The position numbers and the translations under genes are program-made. A stretch of DNA of 64,000 nt from an uncultured Opitutales bacterium (GTDB taxonomy: Bacteria; Verrucomicrobiota; Verrucomicrobiia; Opitutales; CAYWEO01): the NCBI GenBank assembly GCA_964457855.1, contig CAYWEO010000005.1:487-64486 (forward strand), given 5' to 3'. Shown piece by piece: positions 60,687-64,000 of this stretch (within the stretch, counting starts at the first letter, position 1; the number at the start of each line of letters is the position of its first letter). The notes beneath the pieces were generated by a model that was not told the DNA's origin, did no database searches, and worked only from the letters and a program-made list of their open reading frames with translations.

Positions 60687-61303
60687 TCGTCACTCTCGAA
60701 GGCACTTTATCTGAACTTCAACCCCTGCAAGCCGTCATTACCGTTTGCGGCGTCGGTTATGAGGTTCACATCCCCCTGTCCGCTTCCGAATGCTTCCCTC
60801 CGCTAGGTGAGAAGGTAAAGCTTCACATTCACTCAATTTATCGCGAAGATGCCCACGCGCTCTACGGATTTCTCACGACCCAAGAACGCGATTTCTTCAA
60901 GCTCATTGTCGAGAAAGTTTCCGGAGTTGGCCCAAAAATCGCCCTCTCCCTTCTCAGCAAATACTCCCTAAAGACCCTTCTCGACGCCATTCGCTTCGGC
61001 AACGTCTCTTTACTCAAAGAATGCCCCGGAATCGGCGCCAAAACGGCAGAGCGCATTACCCTCGAACTTAAAGACAAAGTCGGCGGCCTCCAAACCCACT
61101 CCACAATCGCCCTTAACCTCCCTTTAGGAAGTAGTGGCCTCCCCAACTCCCATCTCCAAGAAGCCATTGCCGCTCTCGTCACCCTCGGCTACAAACCCAC
61201 AGAAGCAGAAAAAGCCGTTAGTAAAGTTTTACAGGCCACACCCCCGGGGGAACCGTCTCACGTTGAAAATATCATCAAGCGTGTGTTGGAAAAGAAATTT
61301 TAA
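60683..61303 (+). CDS. ruvA: Holliday junction branch migration complex subunit RuvA
   Basis: MIVTLEGTLSELQP..VCGVGYEVHIP.. and HhH motifs ..VSGVGPKIALSLLS..CPGIGAKTAERI.. ATGA overlap with the dapB stop. Confidence 0.9.
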   Translation: MIVTLEGTLSELQPLQAVITVCGVGYEVHIPLSASECFPPLGEKVKLHIHSIYREDAHALYGFLTTQERDFFKLIVEKVSGVGPKIALSLLSKYSLKTLLDAIRFGNVSLLKECPGIGAKTAERITLELKDKVGGLQTHSTIALNLPLGSSGLPNSHLQEAIAALVTLGYKPTEAEKAVSKVLQATPPGEPSHVENIIKRVLEKKF

Positions 61304-61312
61304 AGGGATTTT

Positions 61313-61483
61313 TCGGAAACTTTTCTTTTCGAAGAAAAGAAATAGTTTCCGAACCTTCAAAAGAAAAGCATATCAAAAGGCATTTTTCTGGCACGTAGTG
61401 CCAAAAAAATGCCTTTTGAATAAAAATTTTTAGGGGGAAGGGTCCGGGAAACCCCCTTTTTTATAAAAAAGGGGGTTTCCCGG
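61313..61483 (-). repeat. 3HP element, complete (C-B-A'), between convergent ruvA and obg
   Basis: TCGGAAACTTTTCTTTTCGAAGAAAAGAAATAGTTTCCGA; CAAAAGGCATTTTTCTGGCACGTAGTGCCAAAAAAATGCCTTTTG; CCGGGAAACCCCCTTTTTTATAAAAAAGGGGGTTTCCCGG. Confidence 0.9.
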
Positions 61484-61489
61484 GTTTCC

Positions 61490-62497
61490 CTATCTTCTTC
61501 TTCCTACTACTTTAGTAATAACTGCCCTTAAAAAATCGATGCCCAGTCCTTCCGTGCAGGAGGTTTGGATGATGGGGATATGGGGCGTTTTTGATTTAAA
61601 GTCTGCGAGGTGGGAAGCGGCTTCTGGGGCGTCCATTTTATTGGCGATGACGAGGCGGGGTTTGTCGAGGAGTTGGGGGGAGTAGCAAGTGAGTTCGTTG
61701 AGGAGTATGGTGTAGTCGTCGTGGGGGGAGCGTTCTTCGATGCCGGACATGTCGATGAGGATGAGGAGGAAGTGGCAGCGTTCGATGTGGCGGAGGAATT
61801 TGTGGCCGAGGCCCTTATTTTCGTGAGCGCCCTTGATGAGGCCGGGGATATCGGCGACGAAAATGGGGCGTTGATTTTTCGCGCGGTAGGGGTCCTCGAT
61901 GACACCGACGTTGGGGTGCAGGGTTGTGAAAGGATAGGGGGCAATCTTCGGGTGGGCGTGGGTTAAAATGCTTGTGAGAGAAGACTTTCCGGCGTTGGGG
62001 AAGCCAACGAGCCCGACATCTGCGATCGTTTTCATTTCGAAGCGAAACGTGCCCTCTTCGCCTGGATCACCAGGGGTTGTTTTCCGAGGAGCCTGGTTAA
62101 TGGAGCTCTTGAAGGAGGTATTACCGGTGCCGCCCTTGCCGCCGCGGAGAAGGATGATTTCGGAGTGGGGTTCAAGGAGTTCCGCAACAATATCGCCCGT
62201 GAGATCGTTGTAAACGAGGGTGCCTGGGGGAACTTGAAGGATGCAGGATTTCCCGTTTCTCCCATGTTGGTCGCTACCTTTGCCGTATTCGCCGTTTTCG
62301 GCCCTAGCATTGGGTTGGAATCTGTACGGCGTGAGATCGTTTAGGTGGGGGTTGCAGTGCAGAATGATGTGACCGCCGTCGCCGCCATCGCCGCCATTGG
62401 GGCCCCCCATAGGAATAAATTTCTCTCTACGGAACGATAAGCAGCCTTTACCTCCATTGCCTGCCTTTAGTGTAACCTTGACTTCATCGACGAACAT
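61490..62497 (-). CDS. obg: GTPase Obg/CgtA
   Basis: MFVDEVKVTLKAGNGGKGCLSFRREKF..GGPNGGDGGDGG.., G-domain GFPNAGKSS..DIPGLI. Confidence 0.95.
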   Translation of the reverse strand: MFVDEVKVTLKAGNGGKGCLSFRREKFIPMGGPNGGDGGDGGHIILHCNPHLNDLTPYRFQPNARAENGEYGKGSDQHGRNGKSCILQVPPGTLVYNDLTGDIVAELLEPHSEIILLRGGKGGTGNTSFKSSINQAPRKTTPGDPGEEGTFRFEMKTIADVGLVGFPNAGKSSLTSILTHAHPKIAPYPFTTLHPNVGVIEDPYRAKNQRPIFVADIPGLIKGAHENKGLGHKFLRHIERCHFLLILIDMSGIEERSPHDDYTILLNELTCYSPQLLDKPRLVIANKMDAPEAASHLADFKSKTPHIPIIQTSCTEGLGIDFLRAVITKVVGRRR

Positions 62498-62572
62498 TTT
62501 CTACTATAACTATTTATAACAGGTGAACTATTGACAAGCGTGGGGGCTTGGTCAACATTTTTCACGTATCTT

Positions 62573-63934
62573 ATGGAATCTCATTTAACAAGGCATCGTC
62601 GTGGAAGCTTGGGGGAATTGTGGGCAATTTCCTGGCCGATGATTTTGGCATCTGCGGCGGGAAGCATGATGTGCTTCGTTGACCGACTGATTCTTGCGCG
62701 CTACACGACGGAATCTTTTCTAGCAAACACCGCGACAATGCCCTGGTATTGGTTCTTTTCGGTTAGCTTTGTGTCACTCATCTCAATTACGGAAGTCTTT
62801 GTAGGGCAATACAATGGTGCACAGCAACACGAAAAAATCGGCCCCGTCGTATGGCAAATGATTTGGGTGGCACTTTCGTCGTGGATTTTCTTGATCCCTA
62901 TCAGCATTTGGGGGGTGCCTTACTTATTGGCGTCGAATATAGCGGAATTAGGTGTGCCGTATTTGCGGATTTTGCTGCTGTTTGTGCCGTTTTTGCTGGT
63001 TGGATTTAGTGCTTTGGGAAGTTTTTTTGTTGGTCGGGGAAAAACGAAGATTATTTTTGCGGTCTTGATTTGCTCGAACCTTTTAAACCTCGTTTTGGCG
63101 CTGTGGTTCGTGTTTGGATGGTGGTTTGTGCCGGAAATGGGAATTCGTGGGGCGGCCTATGCGATGGGATTATCACAAGTCGCTTCTTGCGTGGCTTTCG
63201 GTGTGATTTTTTTTAGCAAGCAGAACAGGGCTTTGTACAAGACGCATCGACCATCTTTTTCGCTATCGGTCATTAAGCGCTGTTTGCAGGTGGGCGGGCC
63301 GAGTGCACTCAACGCAGTGATGAATATTGGTGGATGGGCGATGATTTTCCAATTGCTCTCCAAGGTTCTCTCGAAAGGCCAATTCGCGGCGTACAGCGTT
63401 GCACACGTCCTGTACGGCACGCTTTGGTTTTTCATCGAGGGAATCGGAAAGGGTGTCAGTACGATCGTTGCCAATCGTATCGGGGAACGTGCTTTTGATG
63501 CGGTTGGCGCAACGTTAAAGTCTGTTTGCAAGCTACAAGTCATTTTTACCGTAGCCTCATTTTCTTGGATGGTCCTTTGGCCGGAACCGTTTGTGAAGTT
63601 GTTCATTCCGAATGCTTCAGGGGAAGTTTTGGAGCAAGCTGTACGACTCGTTTTTTGGTCATGGATCTTGTTTGGCCTAGAATTTATTTGGAATGCGCTG
63701 TACCAAACACTTGTCGCCGCGGCAGACACGAGATGGACAATGACGGTCAATACCATTTGCCTCTGGGTCATCTTTGCCTTACCATCATTTTGGTTCATTT
63801 ACATGCGTGGAGCGAATTCCGTTTGGGCTTTGCGGTTTGCTTTGCTGGATTTACTGGTAAAAATTGCCATCTTATACTGGCGTTACCGCTGCGGGAAATG
63901 GAAGTCAAATAGCTTAACAAAAGCCCATGCGTAG
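62573..63934 (+). CDS. MATE-family efflux transporter
   Basis: 12 TM-like segments and ..LWAISWPMILASAAGSMMCFVDRLILARY.. ATG 62573 preferred over TTG 62531. Confidence 0.8.
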   Translation: MESHLTRHRRGSLGELWAISWPMILASAAGSMMCFVDRLILARYTTESFLANTATMPWYWFFSVSFVSLISITEVFVGQYNGAQQHEKIGPVVWQMIWVALSSWIFLIPISIWGVPYLLASNIAELGVPYLRILLLFVPFLLVGFSALGSFFVGRGKTKIIFAVLICSNLLNLVLALWFVFGWWFVPEMGIRGAAYAMGLSQVASCVAFGVIFFSKQNRALYKTHRPSFSLSVIKRCLQVGGPSALNAVMNIGGWAMIFQLLSKVLSKGQFAAYSVAHVLYGTLWFFIEGIGKGVSTIVANRIGERAFDAVGATLKSVCKLQVIFTVASFSWMVLWPEPFVKLFIPNASGEVLEQAVRLVFWSWILFGLEFIWNALYQTLVAAADTRWTMTVNTICLWVIFALPSFWFIYMRGANSVWALRFALLDLLVKIAILYWRYRCGKWKSNSLTKAHA

Positions 63935-64000
63935 GGCTTAGGTTGCGAATTCTTTACGCATCTTATCTTATGGAATTTATCTTATGGAATCGCGGTTAAC

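Overview
This 64-kb window comes from a diderm bacterial chromosome. It carries Lpt, ExbBD/TonB and AsmA-like envelope genes. The mcsA-mcsB-clpC operon, hprK, a Mip-like FKBP and glgC suggest the PVC superphylum, and the content suggests a host-associated lifestyle; both points are inference only. I recognise about 38 conventional housekeeping CDS, 5 tRNAs (Ser-CGA partial, Ser-GCU, Cys-GCA, an elongator-type CAU, initiator fMet) and a tmRNA. Three things are not ordinary. (1) Islands that look AT-rich by eye (about 1.2-4.6, 20.7-22.5, 30.4-34.1, 36.4-37.0, 42.8-46.8 and 57.0-58.0 kb) encode at least 12 signal-peptide proteins of unrecognised repeat/LRR families. These proteins share exchangeable modules: a near-identical terminator-promoter-UTR-signal-peptide 5' cassette, an aromatic-G-M-K signal-peptide junction, and a K/E-rich C-terminal tail carrying the motif (K/E)E(I/V)EIKK. 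One member has a deaminase-like HxE...CxxC signature and sits in an apparent operon with an RNI-like LRR protein. (2) An abundant 125-145 bp palindromic element (called PE-A here; at least 12 full and at least 8 partial copies) has a conserved core and copy-specific inverted flanks. Those flanks often include, or supply, the last codons or stop codon of the neighbouring gene. (3) A modular three-hairpin element (called 3HP here; about 170 bp, 9 loci) sits at gene 3' ends and is sometimes nested with PE-A. I saw no CRISPR array, rRNA, transposase, integrase or phage genes. Coordinates of RNA genes and repeats were read by eye and may be off by a few nt.
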